This document shows, one piece after another, positions 41,915-52,399 of a DNA stretch of 64,000 bases (position 1 is the first letter of the stretch; each line of letters opens with the position of its first letter). Where the stretch lies: NCBI GenBank assembly GCA_963810095.1, contig CAWEMM010000007.1, positions 256,001 through 320,000 on the forward strand. The letters are read 5' to 3'. The notes beneath the pieces were generated by a model. The model saw nothing but the letters and a program-made list of their open reading frames with translations. It was not told where the DNA came from and searched no databases. The position numbers were made by a program, and so were the translations under genes. Source of the stretch: an uncultured Chloroflexia bacterium. Lineage in GTDB: Bacteria > Chloroflexota > Anaerolineae > CG2-30-64-16.

Positions 41915-44134
41915 AGGCCGATCCGTGTCCCATTCTCCCGTGCAGACGCGCGCGACGTCGCCCGTCAGGCGCGCGCTCCAGTTCGCGTCGATCTCGACCA
42001 GCATCTCGCCGCCGGGCATCCGCACCGTGACCGGGCTCTTGCACCGGCCCGTGCGGATCGCCGCGGCCGCAACCGCACAGCTCGAGGTGCCGGAGGCGAG
42101 CGTGTAGCCCGCGCCCCGCTCCCAGATCGCAATCTCGACCGTGTGCTTGTTCACCACCCGCGCAAACTGCACGTTGGTCCGCTCGGGATACAGCGGCAGG
42201 TGCTCAAAGCCCGGGCCGAGCGTCTGCGCCAGCGCGGTCAGCGCCTCGGCATCCTCGGGCGCTTTGCCGTCGACCTCGAAGATCACAAAGTGCGGGTTGC
42301 CCATACTCACCGCGGTGGCCGTGACTTTCCGGCCCCGGTAATCGATCTCCGCTTCCACGACTTCGTCATGATCCGTGAGCAGGCGGAGCGCCGCCGCATC
42401 AAACGAAGCGGAGCCCATGTCCATCGCGATCCTGCCGGCCGTGTCGTCCAGCATGTGCGCCGTCACGACGCCGACCGGCGTGCGGATGTCGAAGTCCCGG
42501 CTGCTTGGCAGGCCCTGGTCCCACAGGTAGCGGGCGAAAATGCGCAAGCCGTTGCCGCTCTTCTCGAACTCGCTGCCGTCGGGGTTGAAGAGGCGCAGGC
42601 TGAAGGGATCGCGTCCCACCGGCCCCCACAGCACCCCGTCCGCGCCAACACCCGCGTGCCGGTCGCACAGGCGCCGGACGGTCCGGCTATCCGGCGCGTC
42701 AGGCCAGTCGATCGGGTCGAGCACCAGGTAGTCGTTGCCGAGCGCGTCGTACTTGGCGAAGGCGCGCGTGCCAGTGAAACCCGTCTTCCGCGCCGTGGAA
42801 CCTGGTTTCTCGAGGGGCGCATCCCGTCGCACGAGATCCGCGTAGGTCTCGCGGCGCTGAATGACCTGGCTGGTCCCCTCGCGCACGAGTACGACGGCGG
42901 GCCGCCGGCTGAGGTTATAGTTGCTCGCCATGGCCAGCGTGTATGCGCCGGCCATCGGGATCGCGACCAGGTCGCCTTCGTCCAGTTCGGGCAAGGCAAT
43001 GTCGCGAATCAGGATGTCGCCGGATTCGCAGTACTTTCCAGCCAGTGTGACCGTTTCGAGACGGCGGCCCTGGCCGCCCATCACCCTGGCGGCGGTGTAT
43101 TGTGCCGAGTAGAGGGCCGGCCGGATGTTGTCGGCCATCCCGCCGTCTACGGCGACGTAGCGCCGCACCCCCGGCACCGTCTTGGACGACCCGACTTTGT
43201 ACACCGCGACGCCCGCCCGCGCCACAAGTGAACGCCCGGGCTCGATCACCAGGTGGGGCAGTTCCAGCCCGTGCTGGCGGCACGACTGGGTCACGGCCGC
43301 GCACAGGGATGCGAGGTACGGCTCTACGGGCGCGGCCGGGTCGCCTTCGACCATCGGGACGCCCCACCCGCCGCCGGGGCTCAGCTCCAGGAGCTCGAAC
43401 CCATGCGCCGCGTGCATGCTGGCCGCAAAGCTGATGAGGCGCTCGGCTGCTTCGGCCAGCGACTCGGGTTCGTAGATCTGCGACCCGATGTGCGCGTGCA
43501 GCCCGACGAGGTGGACCCCCCGCGAACGCAGCGCCTCCACTACCGCCGCTTCGGCATCGCTCACGGCGCCCTGCGCCGGCGTCATGGAGAACCCGAACTT
43601 GGTGTCTTCTTGCCCGGTCTGGATGTGGCTGTGGGTGTGGGCCTGCACGCCGGGCGCCAGCCGCAGCCAAATGGAGGCCACTGTGCCGCGTCCTTGCGCC
43701 AGGGCGTCGACCAGGGCCAGCTCGTGGAAATTGTCGACCACGATCCGGCCGACGCCTGCCGCAAGCGCCTCGTCCAGCTCGTCCACCGACTTGTTGTTGC
43801 CGTGGAAGTGGATGCGGCCCGCGGGGAAGCCGGCTCGGAGCGCGACGAACAGCTCGCCGCCCGACACCACGTCCAGGTCGAGCCCCTCTTGCTCGAAGAG
43901 CTGCGCCAGCGCGGTCGACAGATACGCCTTGGACGCGTAGGCCGCCTGGCTGGCGCCTGGGTATGCGGCGCTCAGCCCCCGGCGGTACGCCGCGGCCTGT
44001 GCCCTCAGGGTGGCTTCGTCAAAGATGTAGAGCGGCGTTCCCAGCCGCCGCGCCAACTCCTCGACGGCGAGGGCGCCGATGCGCAGGCCCTCGGGCGTCG
44101 CAAACTCTGTCGTGTCTGGCCAAAGGTGTTCCAA
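41909..44134 (-). CDS. lysA: Fusion of diaminopimelate decarboxylase (N-terminal) and DapF-like epimerase (C-terminal)
   Basis: YASKAY, DVVSGGEL, FHGNNKS, HAHIGSQI, IEPGRSLV, GKYCESGD, MASNYN; then FAKYDALGNDY, GVGADG, NPDGSEFEKSGNG, SMGNPH, TNVQF, WERGAGYTLASGTS. One uninterrupted 741-aa ORF. Confidence 0.93.
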   Translation of the reverse strand: MEHLWPDTTEFATPEGLRIGALAVEELARRLGTPLYIFDEATLRAQAAAYRRGLSAAYPGASQAAYASKAYLSTALAQLFEQEGLDLDVVSGGELFVALRAGFPAGRIHFHGNNKSVDELDEALAAGVGRIVVDNFHELALVDALAQGRGTVASIWLRLAPGVQAHTHSHIQTGQEDTKFGFSMTPAQGAVSDAEAAVVEALRSRGVHLVGLHAHIGSQIYEPESLAEAAERLISFAASMHAAHGFELLELSPGGGWGVPMVEGDPAAPVEPYLASLCAAVTQSCRQHGLELPHLVIEPGRSLVARAGVAVYKVGSSKTVPGVRRYVAVDGGMADNIRPALYSAQYTAARVMGGQGRRLETVTLAGKYCESGDILIRDIALPELDEGDLVAIPMAGAYTLAMASNYNLSRRPAVVLVREGTSQVIQRRETYADLVRRDAPLEKPGSTARKTGFTGTRAFAKYDALGNDYLVLDPIDWPDAPDSRTVRRLCDRHAGVGADGVLWGPVGRDPFSLRLFNPDGSEFEKSGNGLRIFARYLWDQGLPSSRDFDIRTPVGVVTAHMLDDTAGRIAMDMGSASFDAAALRLLTDHDEVVEAEIDYRGRKVTATAVSMGNPHFVIFEVDGKAPEDAEALTALAQTLGPGFEHLPLYPERTNVQFARVVNKHTVEIAIWERGAGYTLASGTSSCAVAAAAIRTGRCKSPVTVRMPGGEMLVEIDANWSARLTGDVARVCTGEWDTDRPD

Positions 44135-44329
44135 AGGACTCGCTCCGGAGTGACTGAGGGTGTCGCGACGTGCGCGGCCGGGAAAAGACGGCGGAAGGAG
44201 TATAGCGGCCGGGAACCGCTTGCGTCAAACTGCGCAGAACGCGGCCGGCGTATGGCTTTGGCACGGTTGGCGTTGTGCGCTCACCTGGGCTATCATGCGG
44301 AGCGAACTGTGTTGGGAAGGGAGTACCGC

Positions 44330-45698
44330 ATGACGCTCACGAAAGTGGCCTGGAAGAGTGGCCCGACCGAGGCGCCACTTCCCCCGAAGGTGCCCGGCCT
44401 GCCCGTGCTCGGCAACGCGCTCGAGCATGACGGGCGACACCCTGGCGTTTCTCGTCGAGTCGTTCCGACGCTATGGGCCGATTTTTCGGCTGAAGGCACT
44501 CGGCCGCGCGATCACCGTGATGGCCGGGATCGAAGCAAACAACTTCCTCGCCAAAGAGGGCGAAGAACACTTCGGCAGCGAGCTGCTCTTCGGCGGCTTT
44601 GCCGAGGAGATGGGAACACGCACGTTCATGGTGGCGATGGACGGCGAACCCCATCGCCGCCTGCGCAAGCTGATGCGCCGGGGGTTCTCGAAGGAGGCCA
44701 TCGGCGCCGGGATGGACCAGGTGGTCTCCGAAGCGGTCACCGAGCTACGCCGCTGGACACCGGGCGAGGAAATACCGGTCCTGCGCAAGATGCAGGTGCT
44801 CGTCGCCTCGCAGCTTGGGCTCATCACCGTGGGCAGGCGCCCGGAAGACGATTTCGACGACCTCACCCGTTTTCTCAACACCAACATGCGCGCCACGGTG
44901 CTTCGCTCGTCCCCGCGGCTCATGCTGAGCTCTCCGGCCTACAAAAAGAGCAAGGCGCGCGTCGAAGCGGTTGCCGACGAAGTGCTTGACTGGCACCTGC
45001 AGAATCCGGCCGGCGATGGCCGTGCCCCTGACTTGGTCGACGACATGCTGCAGGCGCGGACGGAGGACGGCCAGCCCTACGATCGGAACACGCTCCGGGT
45101 GTGGGCCGTCGGACCCTTCTTCGCCGGGATCGACACGGTGGCCAACACGCTCACTTTCATGATGTACGCTGCCTACAAACATCCGGCCATCCTGGAGCGC
45201 GTGCGAGCCGAAGCCAAAGCACTGCTCGGTGCGCCGCTAACAAACGTCTACGCACTGAAGGAGTGCCGGGCGCTCTATGGCCTGGTGTTGGAGACGCTGC
45301 GCCGCTATCCGGTCGCAGCCTTCACCCCGCGGATCGCCGTAAAGCCGTTCGAGTTCGGCGGCTGCCGTGTCGACCAGGGCACAGAGGTGCTGGTGGCGAA
45401 CGGCGTCACCCACATGCTGCCCGAGTTCTTCCCCAACCCCGAGGCGTTCGATATCGAGCGCTACACCGAGCCCCGCAACGAGCACCGCCAGCCGAACGTG
45501 TTTGCGCCGTACACCCTCGGCGCGCACACCTGCCTGGGCGCCGGCATGGCCGAGATCGAGATGCTGCTCACCATCGCGGCAGTCGTCAACACGCTCGACC
45601 TCGAGCTGGTGCCCCCCGACTACAGTGCACAGGTCAAGCTCGCGCCCCTGCCCAGCCTCGGCGCCGGCTTCAGAATGAAGGTCGTGCGGCAATTGTAG
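44330..45698 (+). CDS. Cytochrome P450. Frameshift near 44425.
   Basis: PPKVPGLPVLGN, AGIDT (I-helix), ETLRRYP, FDIER, PYTLGAHTCLG heme-Cys motif. Confidence 0.92.
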
Positions 45699-45740
45699 GC
45701 TGATTGGGCCGTTCATCAGGAGGGGGCGCGCTCGCGGCTG

Positions 45741-46544
45741 CTATTCGCCGAGTGCGTCCCCCACAAGCGTGACCAGCAGCACCGTCAACGTGATTGCCAG
45801 GCCCGGCGCGACGCTTGTCCACGGTGCGGTCGTAAGATAGCCGCGCCCCTCATACAGCATCAGCCCCCACTCCGCTTGTGGCGGAGCAGCCCCCAGCCCC
45901 AGGTATCCGAGCGCGGCCACGCTGATGATCGCGCGCCCGAAGTCGACCGGCGCCAGCGAGAGGACCGGCCTGCTAACGTTCCGCACCAGGTGGTGGGCCA
46001 GGATGTCCGCCCGTCCGGCGCCCAGGCTGCGGGCGGCCTCCACGAACGCCGCGCTCCGCAGCGTAAGCGTGAGGTTGCGGGTCAGCCGGCCATATCCTGG
46101 GATGCCGGCTATGCCGACGGCAGCAGCCAGCGCAGGAAGCCCGGGCCCAAGCACCGCCACGATCAGCAGCGCCAGGAGCAGCGGCGGGAAAGCTAACATG
46201 AGGTCGAACAGGCCGACCCAGATTTGACCTCCCCATCCGTCGGTTAATCCTGCCACCAAGCCCGCCGCGCTTCCAAGCGTCAGCGAGACGACGACCGCGA
46301 CCGCGGCCACTGCCAGCGTGGCACGGGCACCCCACAGCATCCGGCTCAGCACGTCGCGGCCGTAGAAGTCCGTGCCGAGAGGGTGGAGCCGGGAGGGGGG
46401 CATGAGCTGGTTCGCCAGGTCGGTCGCATCCGCAGCATACGGCGCAAGCACGGGCCCGGCGAGGGCGACGGCGAGGAGAAGACCCGCCAGCACGGCAAGC
46501 AGCGTGCGTTGTGCTCTTCGCCCTGAACGCCCCTGTGCGGTCAT
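45741..46544 (-). CDS. dppC: Peptide/nickel ABC transporter permease (DppC/OppC)
   Basis: HPLGTDFYGRDVLSR, FVEAARSLGA, LGYLGLG..PPQAEWG. Confidence 0.9.
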   Translation of the reverse strand: MTAQGRSGRRAQRTLLAVLAGLLLAVALAGPVLAPYAADATDLANQLMPPSRLHPLGTDFYGRDVLSRMLWGARATLAVAAVAVVVSLTLGSAAGLVAGLTDGWGGQIWVGLFDLMLAFPPLLLALLIVAVLGPGLPALAAAVGIAGIPGYGRLTRNLTLTLRSAAFVEAARSLGAGRADILAHHLVRNVSRPVLSLAPVDFGRAIISVAALGYLGLGAAPPQAEWGLMLYEGRGYLTTAPWTSVAPGLAITLTVLLVTLVGDALGE

Positions 46545-47485
46545 CCGCGCCATCCGGTGCGCGGATCGAGGGCCGACGCCAGCAGGTCGGCGACGAGGTT
46601 GACCAGTACGTAGGTCAGGGCCAGCACGAGCGCGACCCCTTGCACCAGCGGCAGGTCGCGCCACAAGATGCCATCCACCAGCAGCCGGCCCAACCCGGGC
46701 CGGTTAAACACGGTTTCCGTCACGACCGCACCGCCCAGAAGGAACCCAAGCTGGAGTGCGGCGACGATGATGATCGGGCCGGCCGCATTTCGGGCCGCAT
46801 GCCGCCACATGACCCGCCGCTGGGGCACCCCGCGCGCCCGGGCGGCCATGATGTAGGGCTGGTCGAGGACCTCCTGTAGCCTCGCCCGGGTCAGTCGAGC
46901 AATCGGGCCCGCGGCAGCGTACCCGAGCACCAGCCCGGGAAGGAGCGCACTCGCGGGCGTGCCGCTGGGCGGCGGCAGCCAGCCGAACCCCACGCTGAGC
47001 AGCCAGATCAGCAAAAGCCCAGACCAATACACGGGCACCGCCACGCCCCCGACCGACACGACGCTTGCAAGGCGATCCGCCCAGCGGCCCGGGTAGGCTG
47101 CGCTGACTGCGCCGAGCGCGACGCCGAGCAACGTGGCGATGACGAACGCGACTGCCGCCAGGATTGCGGTTGCACGCCACTGTTCCGCGATCAGCTCACG
47201 CACCGGCCGGTTGTTCAGCAGGCTGCGCCCGAGGTCGCCCCGGGCGGCCCGGCCCAGCCAGTCCACGTATTGGATTGGCAGCGGCCGGTCGAGCCCAAGT
47301 TCGCCGCGCAGCGCGGCCACAGCCGCGGGCCCGGCGCCTGCGCGCGCCAGCATCGTCTCGGCCGGGTCGCCGGGCAGCAGGCGGACCAGCGCGAAGATGA
47401 CCGTCGCCACGCCCAGCACGGTGAGCAACCCGACGAGCGCGCGCCGGCCCACCACAGGCAGGAAGCCGTTTTTTGTTTCGTCCAC
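46541..47485 (-). CDS. dppB: Peptide/nickel ABC transporter permease (DppB/OppB)
   Basis: RLLPGDPA, LGLDRPLPIQY, GDLGRS, ARARGV, GAVVTETVFNRPGLG, DLPLVQG. Confidence 0.9.
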   Translation of the reverse strand: MDETKNGFLPVVGRRALVGLLTVLGVATVIFALVRLLPGDPAETMLARAGAGPAAVAALRGELGLDRPLPIQYVDWLGRAARGDLGRSLLNNRPVRELIAEQWRATAILAAVAFVIATLLGVALGAVSAAYPGRWADRLASVVSVGGVAVPVYWSGLLLIWLLSVGFGWLPPPSGTPASALLPGLVLGYAAAGPIARLTRARLQEVLDQPYIMAARARGVPQRRVMWRHAARNAAGPIIIVAALQLGFLLGGAVVTETVFNRPGLGRLLVDGILWRDLPLVQGVALVLALTYVLVNLVADLLASALDPRTGWRG

Positions 47486-47682
47486 GGCTGCGATTATAGT
47501 GTCAGGCACGAAAAGGCGGAAGCGGTGCCCGGGCGCGTCGCGCTTGCGGCGGCGAAGGGACCGCGTGAAGCGACCCGCTATGGTTTCGGAGACAGCCGGT
47601 AGGCTGGCAAAAGGCCAACCCGCCGCGCCTATGATATACTGGCGCCATCCATCCCGGTCTTCACCCAAGGACTGCCGTCGAC

Positions 47683-49444
47683 ATGGACCCACTCGAACGC
47701 ACCCGAGACATCTACGAAGTCGTACCCGCCTATCCACCCGCGCCCCAGCCGCCGCTGCCGGCGTATGGCGACTACAGCACCCTGGAGACGATGGGCCTTC
47801 GGCTCACCGGCTTCTCGCGGGCGGCGATGAGCAGCGCGATGGCCATCACGGGCTTCAAGCCGTTTTGGCGGGCGTTGCCCGACAACATCGAGCATTTGCA
47901 GCGCACCATCAACCTGCGCGGCCCCGCGCTATATGCGCAGGCCGTTTCGGCCACGCTCGCCCTTGTCGACGATCCCCGCCCGCTCACGCCCTTCCAGCGG
48001 GCTGCCGCGCTCGTCTGGGGCCTGGTGAGCCTGCACGACGACTACTTTGCCGGGCGCCTCGCCCCCGACGCGGTTCGCGGCGAGCCGGCCGAGATGGGGC
48101 AGTACGGCAACCTCTTCGCGACCAGCGTCGTGTTCGAGGGCCGCCGGCCGCGGCTGTACAAGAGCGCGGTCGTCGACAAGATCGCTGTGCTGGTCCGCGG
48201 CCGTTTCTTCATCGTCGACATCGGGCGCTCCAGGGCCGGCGCGGCCACCGACCTGGCCGCCACGCTCGAAGCCTGTGCAGACCTGGCCGCGGAAGCGGAG
48301 GCGGAGGGACACGAGCCGACCGTCGCACTCCTGACGGCCGCGTCCGACATGACGCAGCACCGTATCATGCCCGTCCTCGCCGAGCGCCCGGCCAACGCCG
48401 AATCGCTGGCCGCGCTGCGCGACACTCTCGTCACGGTCTGCCTCGACCTCGACACGCAGCCGGGCGATCCCGGCGAGGCCGCGCTGCTGGCGCACCGGGA
48501 TAACCTCGAGAACCGCTGGTGGTATGCGAGCCTGCAGTTGGTCGTATTCGGCAACGGGCGGGCGGCAGGGGTATGCAGCTTCAGCGCGTACCTGGACGGC
48601 AACATCATGATGCGCGGCGCGGCCGAGATGGTGCGCCGGGCGGCCGGCGTGCCGGTAGAGGGCGGGGGCACGGTTGCTGCCATCCGAGAGCTGCACTGGA
48701 CGGTGGGCGAGCCCGCGATGGAGGCGGCCCAGCGCGACATCGCGCTGCTGCGCGATCCTCAGCCGCGGGCGACGTACGACTTCGAGGGATACGGTCAGCG
48801 TTTCTTCGAGACGGTCGGGCTCGATCCGGTGCCGGGTTTCGTCCTCGCGCTTGAACTGGCCACCCGCCGCCTCATCGGCAGGACGCCCCTGATGACCCAG
48901 TTCCTGGCGATGTCACGCTACCGCTGCACCGACCTGGTGACGGCGATGGTGACGACGCCCGAAGTTGAGGCGTTTGTCGAGTGCGCGGCAGGCGAAGGCT
49001 CAGACCCGGCCCGGGCGCGCGAGCTGCTGGCCGCGGCGATCGAAGGACAGAAGGCTGTCATGCCGCGAGGCCCGCAAGTCCCTCAGCTTGCAGGTCGTGT
49101 TCCGTCTTTTCATCAACTCAGACCTGTCCAAGCGCACCTTCCGGGGAGTCACGAAGCGGACGACGACCTCGCTGCTCCACAAGGCGGGGCTCTTCCGGCC
49201 CAAGCCGCGGGAAATCGTCATCTCATTTCCCGCGATCTACCCGGAGGTGCCCGTGGTGGGCCGGCCGGGTACGCGCCTGCCCTACACGAAGTACTTCGGG
49301 CTCCATTACCAGATCTGGGATGATAAGACCGTCGTGACGTTCATGCCGGGGACGCAGTGGCAGACGTCGAACGACGAGCTGGCCGCGGAGATCAAGAAGG
49401 CGTTCGCGAGGATCGGAACGATTGCAGAATCTGCCGGCAATTAG
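47683..49444 (+). CDS. Choline/carnitine O-acyltransferase-fold protein lacking the canonical catalytic His. Frameshift near 49060.
   Basis: MGQY.NLFATS, IAVLVRGRFF, VALLT, TVCLD, NRWWYASLQLVVFGNG, FEGYGQ...VLALELA, T.PEVEAFV match the Carn_acyltransf layout. Confidence 0.72.
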
Positions 49445-49453
49445 GATAGAATG

Positions 49454-49541
49454 GCCCGCTGATTGAACTGATGCGACGGATCAGCCTGATCCTAGCATAG
49501 TAAGATCATATTAATCAGTGGCATCAGTTCAATCAGCGGGC
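49454..49541. repeat. Palindromic element (CTGATTGAACTGAT family)
   Basis: Perfect 21-bp inverted repeat GCCCGCTGATTGAACTGATGC / GCATCAGTTCAATCAGCGGGC. Confidence 0.85.
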
Positions 49542-49547
49542 GATGTC

Positions 49548-51219
49548 TCACCGGGTTATCCACACGTCGTACAGGATCGGGTTCCAGCCCTGCACGTCAT
49601 AGTTGAGCCCCTGGACCCGGCTCGTCGCCGCGTTCAGATTCACCTGGTCGCGGATCGGGAGGGTCCAGGCCTGGTCCATCACCCGGCGCTGTACCGACAT
49701 GTACCGGCTCATCCGTTCCTCGGGCTTGCTCAGCTCCTGCGCTTCGTCCAGCCACTGGTTCACCTGCGGGTCGTTCACGCGCGACCAGTTAAACGCGCCG
49801 ATGTTCTCCCCGTGGAAAAAGGTGCGCAAGGAGCTCGGGTCGGTGCCCGAGTTGCTAAACGGCACCATGTGGTGCGTCCCCTCGCGGCCCGCTTCCAGCG
49901 CGGCAGGGTAGGGCATCTGCTCCAGGTCGAGTTGAATACCTGCCGCCTTCCATTGCGACTGCAGGATCGTGCCGATGGCCGGCAGCTCGCCCCAACTCAT
50001 CAGCACGCCCTTGATCACCAGCTTCTGCCCGTCCTTGTCCAACACACCGTCGCCGTCCGAGTCGGTCCAGCCGGCCTCGGCCAGCAGCGCCTTGCCTTTA
50101 CCGGGGTCGTAAGGGAAATAGGGCGCACTCAGAATCGGGCCCATCGCCCACTTTGACACGGCAGCCAACGGCCCTGTCGCGACCGGCGACCACTCTCCGA
50201 AGATCGCCTTGACCAGGCTCGGCCGGTCCGTCAGGGTCAGCAGCGCCTGGCGCACCTTAACGTCGTCGAGCGGCGCGAGCTGCGTGTTGAGGTAGAACTG
50301 CACAGACTCGCCCGGCACCGCGACCGGGTGCAGCTCGAACCGCTGCGAGTTCGGCCCGCTGCTGATCTGCTGCGCATCGGTCGTCGGCAACTCGCCCATG
50401 ACGTCGGCCTGGTTCGCCAGCAGGGCAGGGAGACGGGTGGCTGCGTCCGCGTAGAAGCGGAACTCGATCCGGTCGAGGTAGGCCGGCCCCTGGTGGCCCC
50501 GGATTTCCGGCGCCCAGTTGTAGTCCGGGTTTTTCTCCAGTACGAGGGTCTGCCGCTCCTGGTAGCTCACGAACTTGAACGGCCCGGTGCCCACCTGGTG
50601 CAGCTGGTACTGGTCGCCCCATTGCTCGAGCGCCGCGGGCGAGGCCATGCCGAGGTACACCTGGCTCAGCCCATCGAGCAAGGGGGCATACGGCTCCTTG
50701 AGCCGGATGCGCACGGTGTACTCGTCCACCACGTCGCTGCCTGCGTAGGGACCGAGCAGGAAGACCGCCTTCTGCGACTTCGTGGCCGGGTCCGCGACGC
50801 GGTTCAGGTTGGCGACGACTGCAGCGGCGTTGAAGGGGGTCCCGTCGTGGAACTTCACGTCCTTGCGCAGGGTGAATGTATAGCTCTTGCCGTCCGGGCT
50901 CACTTCCCACTTTTCGGCCAGCGACGGGCGGAAGGCGCCGTCTTTGTCTTGCACCACGAGGGTGTCGTAGACGCTGCTCGAGCGCGATGCCTAGCTCCGA
51001 GTTGGCGTGGATGTGCGGATCGATGCCCGAGACGGGCAGCGTCAGGCCGTAACGCAGCGTGCCGCCGCTCACCGGCATGGAGGGCTGCGGCCCAGCCGTA
51101 CCGGCGCCCGCGGGCGGCGTCGTGGTGCCGAGTGGCACGCACCCGGCAATCGTGAGGGCCACGGCCAGCGCCAGGGCTGCCGGCGCGATCCGCTTCGCAA
51201 ATGCAATTGTAAGTTTCAT
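49548..51219 (-). CDS. dppA: Peptide ABC transporter substrate-binding lipoprotein (family 5). Frameshift near 50980.
   Basis: Lipobox IAGC; SLAEKWEVSPDGKSYTFTLRKDVKFHDGTPFNA, VGTGPFKF, KVRQAL. Confidence 0.9.
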
Positions 51220-51273
51220 TCCTTCATCCTGCTTGTTTTGGCGCTCGGGCCCTTCTCGGCTATACTGGCGGGC

Positions 51274-52356
51274 GTGACCAAATTGCGCACCCTGGTGGCG
51301 AGGGGCTTGCTGGCATGGTTCGTCCTCACGTTGCTCCCCTCGCTGCTGCTCGCTTCCGTCAGCCTGGATTCAGCCCTCGTCCTGCCTGCTCGCGCCAGTG
51401 GCCCTGGCGGCCACGGCTGCAAAGAGGGCAACCTGGTTCCCAACTGCAACATGGACAACTTCGTTCCGGTCGCGCAGGGCCAGGCGCCTTCGGGCTGGAC
51501 CCCCTATGTACTCCGCGGCAGCCTGGCGATGGACCCTAGCCCCGACACCTACTGGGGCGCGCCCAGCGTGCGGATGTGGTCGGACGGCGACACCTTCACG
51601 GCCGGCCTGTACACCCAGGTCGGCGGCTTGACCCCCGGCGCCACGTACTACGCCTCCATGGGGTGGGGCGGACCGACGCCCCCGGAAGACTCGTGGGGCC
51701 GCCGTCTCGGCATCGATCCAACGGGGGGCACCGATCCCAATTCGCCCAACATCGTCTGGGGCCCTATGCAGCGCGGTCCGGGCAAGGTGCTGAACGACAG
51801 CAATCCGGGCTACCCGAACATCGATGTGAGCGCAGTTGCCCGCGGTGCGACGGCCACGGTCTTTATCTGGGTCGACCACAACTACTCGACCGGTGCGAAC
51901 GAGATCTTTATCGACGCGGTCGGGCTGTATCAGAGCGCGGCGCCTGTGGTCGCGGTTGCGACGGCCACGCCGCCGCCCGCCCCGACTGCACCGCCGGCCA
52001 CCGCTGCACCGGCCAAGCCCAAGGCTACGGCGACAAAACGCCCGCCCACAGCCACAACCGTCCCGTCGCGCACCCCGACGCCGGCCGACACGGCGACTGC
52101 CGCACCCACCGACACCCCGTCGCCCACCAACACGCCGACGGTCACCCCTACGGCGACCGAGACGCTCACGCCATCCGTGACGCCGTCGTCGACCCTACCG
52201 GCACGGCCCCGGGCCACGGTCGCGCCCGCCGCCACACAGGTGGCGTCTGTCACCGAGGCCCCTGCGCAGGGTCTCCTGTTTGGCGGCATCGCCGCGCTCG
52301 CTGCGGCCGGGCTGCTGGGCGTGGTCATGTTGGGCACGCGCAGTCGTAAAGACTAG
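51274..52356 (+). CDS. Secreted, membrane-anchored protein with CBM-like jelly-roll domain, PT-rich stalk and C-terminal TM
   Basis: NLVPN..MD, AGLYTQVGGLTPGATY, RLGIDPTGGTDPNSPNIVW, IFIDAV; terminal LLFGGIAALAAAGLLGVVML-RSRK. Confidence 0.75.
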   Translation: MTKLRTLVARGLLAWFVLTLLPSLLLASVSLDSALVLPARASGPGGHGCKEGNLVPNCNMDNFVPVAQGQAPSGWTPYVLRGSLAMDPSPDTYWGAPSVRMWSDGDTFTAGLYTQVGGLTPGATYYASMGWGGPTPPEDSWGRRLGIDPTGGTDPNSPNIVWGPMQRGPGKVLNDSNPGYPNIDVSAVARGATATVFIWVDHNYSTGANEIFIDAVGLYQSAAPVVAVATATPPPAPTAPPATAAPAKPKATATKRPPTATTVPSRTPTPADTATAAPTDTPSPTNTPTVTPTATETLTPSVTPSSTLPARPRATVAPAATQVASVTEAPAQGLLFGGIAALAAAGLLGVVMLGTRSRKD

Positions 52357-52399
52357 CGAACTTCAGGAACCACGAGGGTGGCTCCGCGCTCTTGCGCAT

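Noticed and set aside
44135-44329. Lysine riboswitch upstream of lysA
   Set aside because: The region is short, shared with the divergent P450 promoter, and shows no recognisable L-box motifs.
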